Assembly: GCA_009914755.4 (NCBI GenBank)
Contig: CP068257.2
Location: forward strand, 18,432,001-18,496,000
DNA: 64,000 nucleotides
Direction of reading: 5' to 3'
Source: the human T2T-CHM13v2.0 reference genome, Homo sapiens
Shown here: in pieces, positions 14,942 to 28,895 of the stretch
How positions within the stretch are numbered: the stretch's first letter is position 1
Layout: every line of letters starts with the position of its first letter
Program-made: the position numbers and the translations under genes
Notes under the pieces: generated by a model
The model's database searches: none
The model's input: only the letters and a program-made list of their open reading frames with translations
What the model was told of the DNA's origin: nothing

Positions 14942-17750
14942 TCATCATGAAGGGGAAGATCCTGACAGACCCTCATCCTCACAGGAAACTAAAGTACTAT
15001 TTTAGTTACTGGAAGAGTTATTCCAGATAGCACCCAGAAGACTGGGGACAGGAGGTAAGAAAACTTTGCCTTCTCAGTACAAGATTAGGGGATCCAAGTA
15101 CGAGAGTGGAAGCTGCAGCAGGGCTGAACTGAAGCTGATGAGACAGAATATTCACCATTTGCTTTTCCACTATTGCATTGCATTTTAAGCATACTGGTCA
15201 TCCCGGGAGATATGTATCAGGGTGATAGAAGGGAAGATGCAATAATGTCCTGCCTGAAATGGGGAAATATGAGTGGTTTAACCACTTATTGCTTTAAGCC
15301 TCACATTGACTGGGAACTGAGACAGGCCTGAGCTTGACAGATAAAGAAGCCAATGCACGTAGGGGGAGTGGAGGAGACCGAGGCTGGACAGACACTTGGC
15401 ACTGGTAGGTGATAAGATGATGTGGAACAAAAGTCCTCCTCTCAAAGTCATTTTCAGACTCCAGCTATCATCATTCATCCAAGAATCATTCCATATTTCA
15501 GGGATTCATAGAATTTATAGCAAAGGCCTTCAGTCGCCTAGGAATGTTTAAATTTTGTAGCAGTATGTTTTTTGAGTATGCTTACACTGACTTAGTTTGG
15601 CCAATTGTGTTGTGTAGTGTAAACAATCAAACAAATGACATGGTGGGATTTCTGAGCAGCACTGTCTGGTATCTTGCTGATGGTGTCTTTAATAATAGAT
15701 GGCACTTGATTTTAGATATAAATACATGAAAATAGTTTGAATGTTGATATTGTTTACTTTGACTTTATGTTGCTGCAGGTTTACAAATCTGAGAAAAAAA
15801 ATATTTCTGGAAAACATAGGAACTGCATTTTGTTTTCTGTTGCTGCATGATACTGAATAAAGAATGACAGCAATCCATGATGGGAGCAGGTTTCAGCACA
15901 TCAAATCATCATCCTACCGACTGTCCAGGAACAGTTATTGGATGTTTTCCTGGGATGTCAATAATTTTGAGTGATTCATAAACCATATAAATTAGGTTTC
16001 AAAATAATTACACTTGTGTGTACAAAGTTTGCCTTCCTACTGGCGGGTATCACATTCCAAATTGTAACAAATCAAATAGTGTCACAAACATACAAATCAA
16101 CCTATAAATAATATATGAAAAGCCATAAATAATAAATACCTTCTTATCGTATCTCAAGTTAACACCAAACTCAGTTTCTTCTGTGAAATTTGTAATTTAT
16201 ATTTCAGTAAAAATCACTGTTTCCTCAGTATTTTATAAAAATCGATCTGTCATATCTTGTGTGTCTTAGACCTCAGCCAGGCTCCATAAAATGAAAACAA
16301 AGTTAAACAACTTCACAAGAGACAGAAATGGCCTTTTAAGATTCATAGGAGTGTGCCTTCTTGTCTAATCTGAGCAGCCATCATGGCAAGATTGATGTAC
16401 ATTGGCTGAGAAGCGTTTCGTGAGGCGGCTGTCTGCTCAGTAGTACCAGAATGGAGCTATCTGTCTTCATTGTACCCCATTAACATGCCCCTCAGATCTA
16501 TCAGGCAAATGTCTGCATACCTACTTTATAAATTATTACAAGCGACAGTTAAATATTTCAGAACTTGTTTGGGGATATCACTCACCTTATAGTTTTTAAT
16601 TTATACACACTCATGATTTTAAACATTTTAAGTTCAAGGATTACTTGGAACTACTTTTATATTTTCACTTTACATGAGCTTATTCTGCTGATAGTAATCC
16701 ATCCAGTTTTGAAAAGTGCGGTCAGTGTATTGAAGTAAATTTTAAAAATTCAAATTATTCACTAACAAACAGCACATTTTCTTTAACAATTAAGTAGCCA
16801 AGATTTCATAGCAATATAATAAAAAAAAATGTTATTCGTTTTCCTTTTAATGCAAAATAATTCTGAACTAAAAAGAATGCATTCAAATCATGTTTATCTG
16901 AAACTTTTGCTTTTTAAATTACTTTTATTTACTCACTTAAATTTTATTAGCCTACTGACACACAATATTTCAATTTGTAGTAATAATGCTTTAAAAGCCC
17001 AAGGTTTTACTTTAATAATTTTAGTGTGTTAATTTTTAAGAACTCAAATTGTTAAGTATTATTCATAGAACAATTATTCCAATGTTCTCCTGAACTATAA
17101 AGCTACTGTACACGAGAGTGAATTGGTTATAGAAATGGAGACAGGGAGCAGATTTTTTTCAATGTAATTAAAATAAATTTGAACTGAATAAAGTTCAATG
17201 TATTTCAGATTTAATAGGCATTGTATTTACTAATAAAAAAATTGCATGCTTGAACTTACTTAACCTTGGAGAGTAGAGGTAGCTTTTCATTAATCTCCTT
17301 TTTTAAAGTTGGATGAGGTTATGTAACTGAAATAGACATTAAAATTGAAGAGACATTCTTCATGGATTACAGAACAGTATTTGGAAGGAAACCAAATCAT
17401 TAAAATATCACCAATAAATAATTAAATTTGCTTATTACATTGAAAGGACAGAACTAGAATAAAATTTATTGAGGCTACTGTGAGCCAAAGGCTTTATATA
17501 AATTATTATGTTATATCTTCATAATACTCTTTTGTGGTAGATATTTTCTCATATATTAAAGTTGGAAAAACAGGTTTAGGGAAGTTAAGTCAATTTCAAA
17601 AATACCAAATGAGTAAGAAGTACAAATCAGGATCTTATCTAGTTCTGTCTGACTCCAGTGGCAGTGATGTGTGCATTACATATTTGCGTGTGTGTGTCAA
17701 AAGAAGAGCAAAGGAGACTTTAGAAGAGATGCTGATTAAAGAAGATCAGA

Positions 17751-18156
<406 letters not shown>

Positions 18157-18589
18157 TCAACCAAAAATATGTTATTTATACCCGTTTGTACTTTCTCCAT
18201 CCTGCCTCTTTTTACTACTTCCTCCCACTCCTAACAACAGCTGATCTGCTTTCTGTCACTATAAGATTAGTTAGTATTTTGTATAAATGGACTGATTACA
18301 GGAGCCACCTTTTTTTCTGACTTTTTTCATTTAGGGTAATTATTTTGAGATTAATCCATGTAGCTACAGGTATCAAAAATCTGTTCCTTTGTATTGTTGA
18401 GTAGTATTCCATTGTAAGGATATACTGTAATTTGTTTGTTTATACACTTAATGGACATTTGGATTTTACTAGTTCCTGGTTATTGCAAAGAGAGCTTCAT
18501 CCTTTTCCAGTGTTCATATGAACCTACACTTTTTCTCCTATTCATGCAACTCATAGCACCTATCATATGCTATGTGAATGTTTATGTGT

Positions 18590-18767
18590 GTATATATAAA
18601 AACATATATATACACACATATAAACATATATACACATATATAAACATATATACATATATAAACATATATACACACACATATAAACATATATATACACATA
18701 TATAAACATATATAAACATATATATATACACATATATAAACATATATATACACACATATATATATAT
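18590..18767. repeat. Complex AT/CA-rich minisatellite with a period of about 20 bp, (ACATATATACACATATATAA)n-like
   Basis: Repeated aaacatatatacacatatataaacatatatacatatataaacatatatacacacacatataaac.. units. Several overlapping ORFs in the track here (18436-18844) are repetitive Y/I/C/V translations of this array. Confidence 0.9.
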
Positions 18768-19431
18768 TTGATTAAACTCTTTTTGGAGTAGTTGTACCAT
18801 TTTACACTCGCATCAGCAGTATATGAGAGTTCTAGTTCAACCACATCCTTGTCAACACTTTGTATTTTTTCTTAATTTTCTTTTTGAAAAAAATCTAGCC
18901 TTCTAATAAATGTGCATTGACATACTATTACAGATTTGCTTTGTATTTCCCTAAAGACTAATGATTTCCAGCCTCTTTTAATAAATTTATTTGCCATTCG
19001 TATATCCTTTTTTATGAAGAGCCTCTTCATATCTTGAGCACAGTTTTAAAATTTGAGTTTTTTTCTTATTATTGTATTTTACAAGTGCATCATATATCTT
19101 AAATAAAATCCTTTACCGCATACAAGATTTACAAATATTTTTTCTAATATCTGGCTTAAATTTTTATTTTATTTCTAATGTCTTCCAAAAATTAGAAGTT
19201 CTTCAATTCGATAAAGCACATTTTATCAATTCATTTATTTTTTAAATAAATTATGATTTTGTTGTCTTATTTAGGAAAACTTTGCCTATTTCATGGTCAC
19301 ACAGATGTTCTCTTAAGGTTTCTTCTAGAAGATTCTGTTTTAGATTTTAACTTTAGGTCTATGGTGCATAGTAAGGATAAAGATACCATGCATATTTCCT
19401 TTTTTTAAAAAAAATGGACATTAATTATTGG

Positions 19432-19731
19432 TTTTGTTTGTTTGTGTTTTGAGACAGAGTCTCAGTTTGTTGCCCAGACTGGAGTACAGTGGCGTGAACA
19501 CAGCTCACTGCAGCCTTGAACTTCTGGGCTCAAGTGATCCTCCCACGTCAGCCTCCCCAAGTAGCTGGGACTACAGGTATGGATCATCACGCTCATCTAA
19601 TTTTTGTATTTTTTGTAGAGACTAGATTTTGCTATGTTGCCTAGGTTGGTCTCAAACTCTTGGGCTCAAGTGATCAGCCCACCTACGCCTCCCAAAGTGC
19701 TGGAATTACAGCCTGAGCCACCGTGTCGGCC
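19432..19731 (-). mobile_element. Alu (older, AluJ/S-type), minus orientation
   Basis: gagacagagtctcagtttgttgcccagactggagtacagtggcgtgaacacagctcactgcagccttgaacttctgggctcaagtgatcctcc..cctcccaaagtgctggaattacagcctgagccaccgtgtcggcc. Probable TSD cattaatt(a/g)tt on both sides. Confidence 0.88.
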
Positions 19732-20182
19732 ATTAATTGTTTTACCACTGTGATAATCAGCCTTATGTGTAAAGCTGATTAAGCTATAGTTCCTAATTAT
19801 TCAATCTAACATCTAAGTTTTGTTCAAAGACGTTTCTGTAGATATTATTAAGTGAGGAAGATGATTCTAGATAATCATGGTGGGCCTGAATCAGTCAGTT
19901 GAAAAGCCTTAAGAGAAGGCGGGAGTTTTCCCTGAGGAGGAAGCCATTCTGCCCATGGACTGCAACCTCAGCTCATGTCTAGAATACGTGAAGTGTTTCA
20001 GCTTGCCCTCCCTGACAGCCTTCCCTATGCCAATGCCTTGCGATAAATCTCTGTCCTCTCTCTCTCTCCTTCGCTCCCACCTTCTCTCTCCCACTTACTT
20101 ACCCTACTGGTTCTGTTCTCTGGTGGAACACTGACTGATGCTACCACCGTTTCCTGAAAAAGATTATTTCTTTTCTCCGTAA

Positions 20183-20536
<354 letters not shown>

Positions 20537-21774
20537 GTCCATTACTAGACTCTTATCTGTTCTATTAATTTGTTGGACTATCCACCACTACCTACCATGC
20601 TGTCTTGACTACTGCATTTTTATCATATATATTGGAATCAGATAGCATAAATTTTCATGGGAGAGAAGCTGAGATAATTGGTTTGAATCTTTTTGTTCTT
20701 TTCTAATATTGATTTTCATTGTTAAAAATACACCTGAAAATACTGACTTAACTGAATCTCACAAATATATACATTTCAGAAATATATATTACATATTTAA
20801 AAATTAGATAAGTTTGGTTGATAATAATGCTCATTTCTACCACATTGCTACTAGTTTTCTATATGTATAATGTTTATTATTCTCCCTTTTCTCGTTTCCT
20901 AGGAAATAAAAACATAAATTTAGAACTCTTTATCCAACACAAGTTTTTAAAAAAATGAATGTGTTGTAAAACCGATGTAATGACTTAAGATTTAAGTCTT
21001 TATAAAGACTATCAAACATATATAGATTGGAAAGAGTCATCACTTGCAGAGCAACACTATAAGAAATGGTAATAAAAAAGCTTTAGGCAGGAAAATAATA
21101 CCAGATAAAATGCTTTAAAAATGGCAAACACATAAGCATATAAAATATCTTTTTATTTTTGTTTATTCAAAAGATAACTGGATGCTAAAAAATAATGACA
21201 ATGTATTCTTGACACACCAAAATAAAAATTGTGTCATAAGAAAAGAAATCAGCTTTGACCATCTACCATACCCAGAGAACAAAATAAAACATGACTGTGT
21301 GAGTTAAATAAGACCTTTTCTGCTTCACACCTATCCCCACTTCCAAAACTCCCTGGAGCGTGTTGTTGTTTTTGTTTGTTTATTTGTTTTAAGAATGTCC
21401 AAAATACACAAAATCTATCAGAAATTTAATCAAGTGACAAGGAAGAAATAAAATGAGTACAAGTCCTTAGTGGGAAATTTTAAAAGTTGTTTGTGAATGT
21501 ATCCTATCAAGAAGAATCAATTCAACACAATGATTTTGTGGATTTTGGAATGTTTAATAAAACTATATACCAAAGCATTAAAAATGATGTATTAATGGAG
21601 CAAAATGAAGGTTATTTTTTCTATTTTACTTTATATATTTGTGTACTCTTTGGGGTATTTTTAAAAACATTTATTACCATTAGAATCAAAATTAAAGATA
21701 TTTCAATTATTTAAAGTTATAAAATTGTATTTAACTTTTTTTGTCATTATCTGATGGTGATCTAAAAGCAGTGC

Positions 21775-21905
21775 TTCTCAAAATTGTATGCATTAGAATC
21801 ACCTGGGGAGTTTTCTAAAGCAAAATGTGCTGTACCCCATTCCCAGAGTTTCTGGTTTCAGTAGAATACGGGATGGAACCTGAATACATCCAATTTTAAG
21901 ATGTC
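21775..21905. repeat. Short hAT-type (MER-class) nonautonomous DNA-transposon-like fragment. Family uncertain.
   Basis: The motif gcagtgcttctcaaaattgtatgcattagaatcacctggggag...cccattcccagagtttctggtttcagtag resembles the common 'gaatcacctgg..cccagagtttctgattcagtaggtctgggg' MER element core. Confidence 0.35.
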
Positions 21906-22044
21906 ATCAGATCATGTTCATGTTCATTTAAGAATCATACTTTATGAACCAGAGGACTGCAGTATACATTTGATGTGTCCTTTGTCAAGAAAGTATCAAG
22001 GATGTTGATCAAGTTATACATATCTAAGCATATAATTGTCCTTC

Positions 22045-22246
22045 AGCACACACAGGGGATTGGTTCCAGGACCCCTGCCTATATTCAAATCCACACATAC
22101 TCAAGTGCCACAAAAAGCCCTCTACATATGCAGGTTTGGCTTCTCGTGAATACTATTCATTCAATGTTTGGTTGAAAAAAAATTCATGTATAAGTGGATC
22201 CACACAGTTTAAACCCATATTGTTCAAGAGTCAACCATATCTCAAT
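22045..22246. mobile_element. Tigger (TcMar-Tigger) DNA-transposon fragment, about 200 bp
   Basis: cacaggggattggttccaggacccctgc...catgtataagtggatccacacagtttaaacccatattgttcaagagtcaacc is a Tigger-type terminal region of the same TIR family as 26280-26326. Confidence 0.55.
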
Positions 22247-23800
22247 TTTGTTATTGTACAAGTGTTAACAGAAGTTCTCTGAGAAGGAATATGGAGAAAC
22301 AAGACTTTAATCCAGTGAATAGTTTGGAAACCTGGGAGATGCAGCTATTGGTGGAAAATGAAGCTAACAGTCTAGAGAACAAAGACAGGGTTTGGTTTTA
22401 TGTTAAAAGTTCTCAGGCAGGTTCCCAATCTGTTCCATTTATGCAAATGAAGAATTCAAACTTGCTTAGTTCGGATTTTGACACAGCTGAGTCCTGATTG
22501 GTTGATACAGTTGAGTTCTGAGTGGGTCTGTCTAGGCAGATGTGCTCTGACTGATTGGTTCAGGTGAGCTCTGATTGGTTGGTTTCCAAGTCCAAAAACA
22601 GATTTCTCTGCCAGATGTTTTCTTCAGATGACAGGTGATATGGGATTCCAGCAGCAGCTTATCTTGGCACTAAACACAGAAACTTGTTTGGCTTAATTGT
22701 AGGAAGTGAGGTCCTGTGATACTTTACATCTTTTTAATCTTTCTGAGGACACAGAGTATGTGACTGCTCCCTCAGTCAGCCATGGGGATTTTGTCTGTTG
22801 GCCAGGGTACTTGGGGCAGATTTTAACATAAGTGAAATAATTTGGCTGAGCATATTAACCTTGAGTATAATCTCCTGTCAGTACTCTCATAACATTTATT
22901 TTTTTAAAGATTGCCATTGTTTGAACTAGTGCACTTTTTTTTTTAACTCTTTCCCTGGTAGAAGTTCTGATATCCCTTGATAATTCTCATTCCCGGTGCT
23001 ATGGACGGGTCTGATTCCACCTTAATGAATGAGAATGTGCTTCTCAGTCTGAGCCAATCCAGTAGTGTGCCATCAAGCCAAGTGCATTTGGTTCATGAGC
23101 TGAAAAATTATCCAATCCAGACCCATTAAAGTAGTGATAAACAAATCCAGGACTTCTGAAGCTTTCTGATTATGGTATCAAAAATTCAAGATGAAATCCA
23201 AATAGCCCTGACAGCCATGTTTCATCATGTAGAGATTACTGAGAATGAAACCACAATAAAGAAGGTAGAAGGGAAAAGACAAAGTTGTGTGTATGTGTTG
23301 AGGGGGTGGGGAGTGTGTTGTATGCTTCAGATGCAGCAATTATTAAAATACCCTAGTTTTTACTCAGAAATTTAAATCATATGACTAACTAGAGCATCTC
23401 TCTCCTTCTCCCTCAACCTTTATTTATATTTATTTTATTTTCTATGTAGTTATTTAAAACAGGATTTTTATCACTTTCAGTGAAGTATTCTAGAGAATAC
23501 GGATTGATTCTGGTTTGTATCATTTGAAATATTAATCTGTTTCTTATTGAAGTCTTTAAGAAATATGCATTTTAGGAAGGACATTTTAACAAATATTATA
23601 CTAAGTATTATGTCTACTTAAGAAATATTTTTATGCTGCATTATTTTACAGCTCAGTAGATATTTTTCCCTATTTTACTATTCTTATTTTTTTCCAGGAT
23701 ATTTCTTATGTAATTTCTGTGGCACTTACATACTATTTATTTTCTTGTTTTCATATATTTCATATTCTCATTGTTTTAAGTATTACCATATTGTTTTCTT

Positions 23801-24095
23801 TCTTTTTTGTGTGTGTGACGGGGTCTCACTCTGTTGCCCAGGCTGGAGAGCAGTGGCACGATCTTGGCTCACTGCAACCTCTGCCTCCGGGTTCAAGCAA
23901 TTCTCCTGCCTCAGCCTCCCAAGTAGCTGGGATTACAGGCATCTGCCACCAAGTCCAGCTAATTTTTGTATTTTTAGTAGAGATGGGGTTTCACCATGTT
24001 GACCAGGCTGGTCTCAAACTCCTGACTGCAAGTGATACGCCCACCTCGGCCTCCCAAAGTGCTGGGATTACAGGCGTGAGCCACCACACCCGGCC
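23801..24095 (-). mobile_element. Alu (AluS-type), minus orientation, with an 18-bp TSD
   Basis: The body lies between direct repeats TTACCATATTGTTTTCTT at 23783-23800 and 24096-24113. The 132-aa ORF 23719-24117 is an Alu-derived spurious frame. Confidence 0.94.
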
Positions 24096-25893
24096 TTACC
24101 ATATTGTTTTCTTTTAGCAGGTTCTCATGAGTATCTCTTCTAGTCAATATGGTTTTCATATTATTATTTCTGATTCTAAAGATAATCATAAATCTGATTT
24201 TTAATTTTAATATTTTTATTTTATTTCATTTTATTTACTTCATTAAAAAAGCAAGCGATTACTTTCTAAAATGTTTTGATTTCTAAGAAAAATGCTTTTT
24301 GTACATAAGCTTTCACGTATCTCCTCCTTTTATGCTGTGAAATATTTTTCCCCTATGTCAATTCTTAAACATATTTGAATCACATTTTTTTTACCTCAAG
24401 GTAAAATGCCTGTATTCTGAGAAATTTAGCTTCTCTCAAGTTGCCTTTAGGGTACTCCATTCAAATTTGGGTTGGGACTTGGTAAATGAGTACTTACCTG
24501 ACAAGTTTATCATTCTACTTGTTTGTAATGAATAATTTTAATTAAAAATTAATGTCACAAGCAAACTGCTTCCCTATTTCACACATTTCACTTCATATAT
24601 ACCTAAAATAGGAGAAGGAAACAATATCTATCTCCTGGTTTCTTGTAAGTGAATTGTAAATAAAATTAAATATAATTTAATGCATTTTCTATTGCAAGTT
24701 AAACGTCTAGTTTATTTTCTTTCTCTACTTCCATTCCTAGAATATAGAAAATGATAAAAAGACACATCTATATTATCTTTTACAAATATTTGTACCCATT
24801 TTAATATTGAAATAGTATAAATGAATCATAAAATTTTATGCATATCATTCAAATTACTATGCTTTAGAATGCTTTTGGTGATATGACACATTGCTTTCGG
24901 ACTGATAATTTCTCTCAGAACAATTTATTTCCATTAGAGAATAAACTCCTTGCATGTATATATTACCATATAAATGGAATTCTTCATACCCTTTATTGAA
25001 TAAGTCATCTTACTACTATATAATTTATATAGAAATGTGTCTTATGATATTGTTTTGAAGAGTTTGGTTTAATGTTTTACTATACATATATTTATTTCAA
25101 TTTCCTTACTTAGATCAAGTTCATGGGGGGGACAAAACAGTATCAATAATTTCCTTTACAAAAATGCTTTTCTAGATCAAAATATTTATAAATAACTTAC
25201 ATAAGGTAGTTCATAATTCTTAGGTAAATATGAATAATAAAAACTGTATGCAAATCCTTCAGTTTTACTGTTCTATAAAATCACAATGGAAATAGATTTG
25301 ATTAGTGAATTGGAAAAATGTTAACCAAGTAAAAATGCTGGCCTTTCCTAACGTATCTTCTTCCACATAGAAAGGATTTTATGAAAAACAGAGCAACATA
25401 GCACATCAAAATTAGCAATTCAATAGTAAAATAATTTAACTGATTAATTAAAATACATAATGTACACGTTTTGATATTAAATTGGATACAAATGTAAATG
25501 ATGTACAAGGCTTCATAGTTGATTTTCTTAGCAGTGCAATTATACATTTTGTAATATTTACCTTACACCTAAGCCTCTAGTTCACATTTTAAAATTATTG
25601 TATCAGTAATATTTTCCCTCAGGGTCCACTATCAAAGAGAGAGCTAAAAAGAAATTTGATCTTTTTTCATAAAAAATGTGAATTGTGAATAAACTTTTAA
25701 ATATAGTACAATAGGTTTAATGGTAGGCATATATAATATTAATTTCTGGGTAAAAAGGGAAACTTGAAAATATTTTATAAGCTAAGCACATAATTAGTAG
25801 TAGTTATGTTTCTTTATCATGTAATTAATTGTGAGAGAAAAAAATAATTTCCAAATGATTTATGTTCATTACAGCATTCCCTCCTTTCCATAG

Positions 25894-26326
25894 AAAGTTG
25901 ACCCTTGAACAACTTGGAGCTGAGGGGCACTGATTCCCCACACAGTCAAAAATCTGCATATAAGTTTTGACTCCACCAAAACTTAACTACTAATAGCCTA
26001 CTCTTGACTAGAAGCCTGACCAATAACATTAAGTAGTCAACTAACACGTATTTGTTATGTTATACACTGCATTCTTAAAGTAAGCTGGAGAAAAGAAAGT
26101 GTTACTGAGGAAATCATAAGAAAGAGAGCATCTGTTTACTATTCATTAAATGATAGTGGATCATCATAAAGATCTTCATCCTTGTCATCTTCACACTGAG
26201 TAGACTGAAGAGGAGGAAAAAGAAGAGAGATTGGTCTTACTGTCTCAAGGGCGGCAGAGGTGGGAAGAGAATTTGTGTATAAGTGGACCCACACAGTTCA
26301 AACCTGTGTTTTGCAAGGGTCAACTG
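25894..26326. mobile_element. Tigger2-like nonautonomous element (MITE, about 433 bp) with both terminal inverted repeats
   Basis: Left end (a)agttgacccttgaacaacttggagctgagg. Right end gtgtataagtggacccacacagttcaaacctgtgttttgcaagggtcaactg followed by TA. The two ends are reverse-complementary, the canonical CAGTTGACCCTTGAACAAC Tigger TIR. Confidence 0.7.
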
Positions 26327-27146
26327 TATACTAAGAAAAGTTACTTTAAATATTTTGATGTGGTTTCAGGAGATGAATTATGCTAATTTAAAGTTAAGAT
26401 TTTAGTCTTGAAAATAGAAAATAATTCTTGGAAATAATTAAAATAATGCATAGGTAGAAAAATACTATATTCTTTTACTCGTTTATTTTGCAAGTGTTTT
26501 CAACATGCTCATTACATTCCTGCAAGGTCAGTGTGGCACTTTACATATAGTATCCCTTTAATATCATTTTTTCAGCTTTTATTAGGAAACCTGAGGGCAA
26601 GCATACTTTTATGTGAATAGAATTTTGAAGCAGTGAGGTGTTATAATTATCTTCAAATGTTTCATCTTTACTCTCTCCCAATTTACATAAAATGCTATTA
26701 CCAGAATCACATTTTTAGTAGAGTTCTCCCAGTATTTTTATTCAAAAGAGTATGGTCTTTTCAACATTTTGGAATACTTAGAAGAAAATATAAAACTTTA
26801 GCTTCCAATCTGTTATTATCTTGCTGAATATTTCTGATATATTTGATACTGGTGATCACATTCTTTTTCCTTAATTCCATTCACTTCCATATCAACACAC
26901 ATTCTGGATCTGCTCCTAACTCTCTGAACAAATCTTAAATGTAGATACAGCTTAGAATTTTAGCCTTGCTTTACCATTCTCTAAATTCATTCCTGGGACA
27001 GTATCATCCACTCTCACAGTTATATGACTTACATTGATATGTTCAAATTTGAAATCTCTATCTCCATTCATATCCTTTTCCAGAATTTTGGATCCCTGAA
27101 TCCAACTTCTCATTTGTCAACTTATATTTTCAATGGTACAATTTGA

Positions 27147-27616
<470 letters not shown>

Positions 27617-28504
27617 TAACTAATGCATCAAGTTTTTATTTTACTTCCAAGTAATTCTCACATCTGTCACATTCTCTCAAATTATACTCCTTTGGTTCCA
27701 GCTTAAACTCACATAACCTCAGACATAAAATATACTTATTGTCTCATAACCATTCTTTCAATATTTACATTTCAGCATTATTTTCAGCTAGGTTGACCTA
27801 TGTGAAACACAAATTTGATAACATTTTTCCTCATTTGCCAATACTCTATAGCTCCAACTCTACTTTAGGATTAATCAGTGGCCTCTTCGCTTGAAAAAAA
27901 AAAAAAAGGATCTTCATGACATTTCTGAGAATTGCTATTTTTGCCTTATTTTCTCTCTCTGAACACACTTTACACTCCAGCAACACTAATATGCATTATA
28001 TTCTGAAAAAATAATGCAATGTCTTCTTTTAGCGACTTTACTAACATTGTTAATTCAGCTTGGAACAGCGTTTCTTCCAGTTCTTTGCGTAATTCCTAAT
28101 TATCCATTTCCTCCCTTCTTTGTAAAACTGCAGTTCTGATAATGGCTAGGAAAACATGTCCTACAGTGCTAGGAAGGCCTATAATGATGCTTTGACTTCA
28201 TCTGTGTCAAGGAGGTAAGGTTGCTAGATTTAGGGGAACAAAAAATAGGATTCTGAATTAAATTTGAAATTCAGACTAGCTATGGCTTTTAATATAAGTA
28301 TGTCTCACATGATATGTTGGACATACTTATACTACAAATTTATTTGTTTTTTACATGAAATTCACTTTTAACTATGCATCCTTTATTTTATCTGGAAATC
28401 CTACAAGCATGACAAAAGGCATTGCAGAGGGTGGAGAAACCAACACAAACACGATAGGCAATAGGAGTTGAAAATCTGGCCCACTGTTAAGAAATTTGGT
28501 GAGA

Positions 28505-28895
<391 letters not shown>

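Noticed and set aside
18436-18844. A cluster of overlapping ORFs with Y/I/C/V-rich repetitive translations.
   Set aside because: They are translations of the 20-bp-period AT/CA minisatellite in several frames and strands, a low-complexity artefact.
23719-24117. A 132-aa ORF, plus similar 80-105 aa ORFs at 20198-20446, 27210-27527, 28596-28892, 52539-52727, 55045-55329, 58707-58961, 62187-62447, 7298-7612 and 17720-17977.
   Set aside because: All lie within or across Alu elements. Their translations (..[38 protein letters not shown]..) are the well-known spurious Alu reading frames, not genes.
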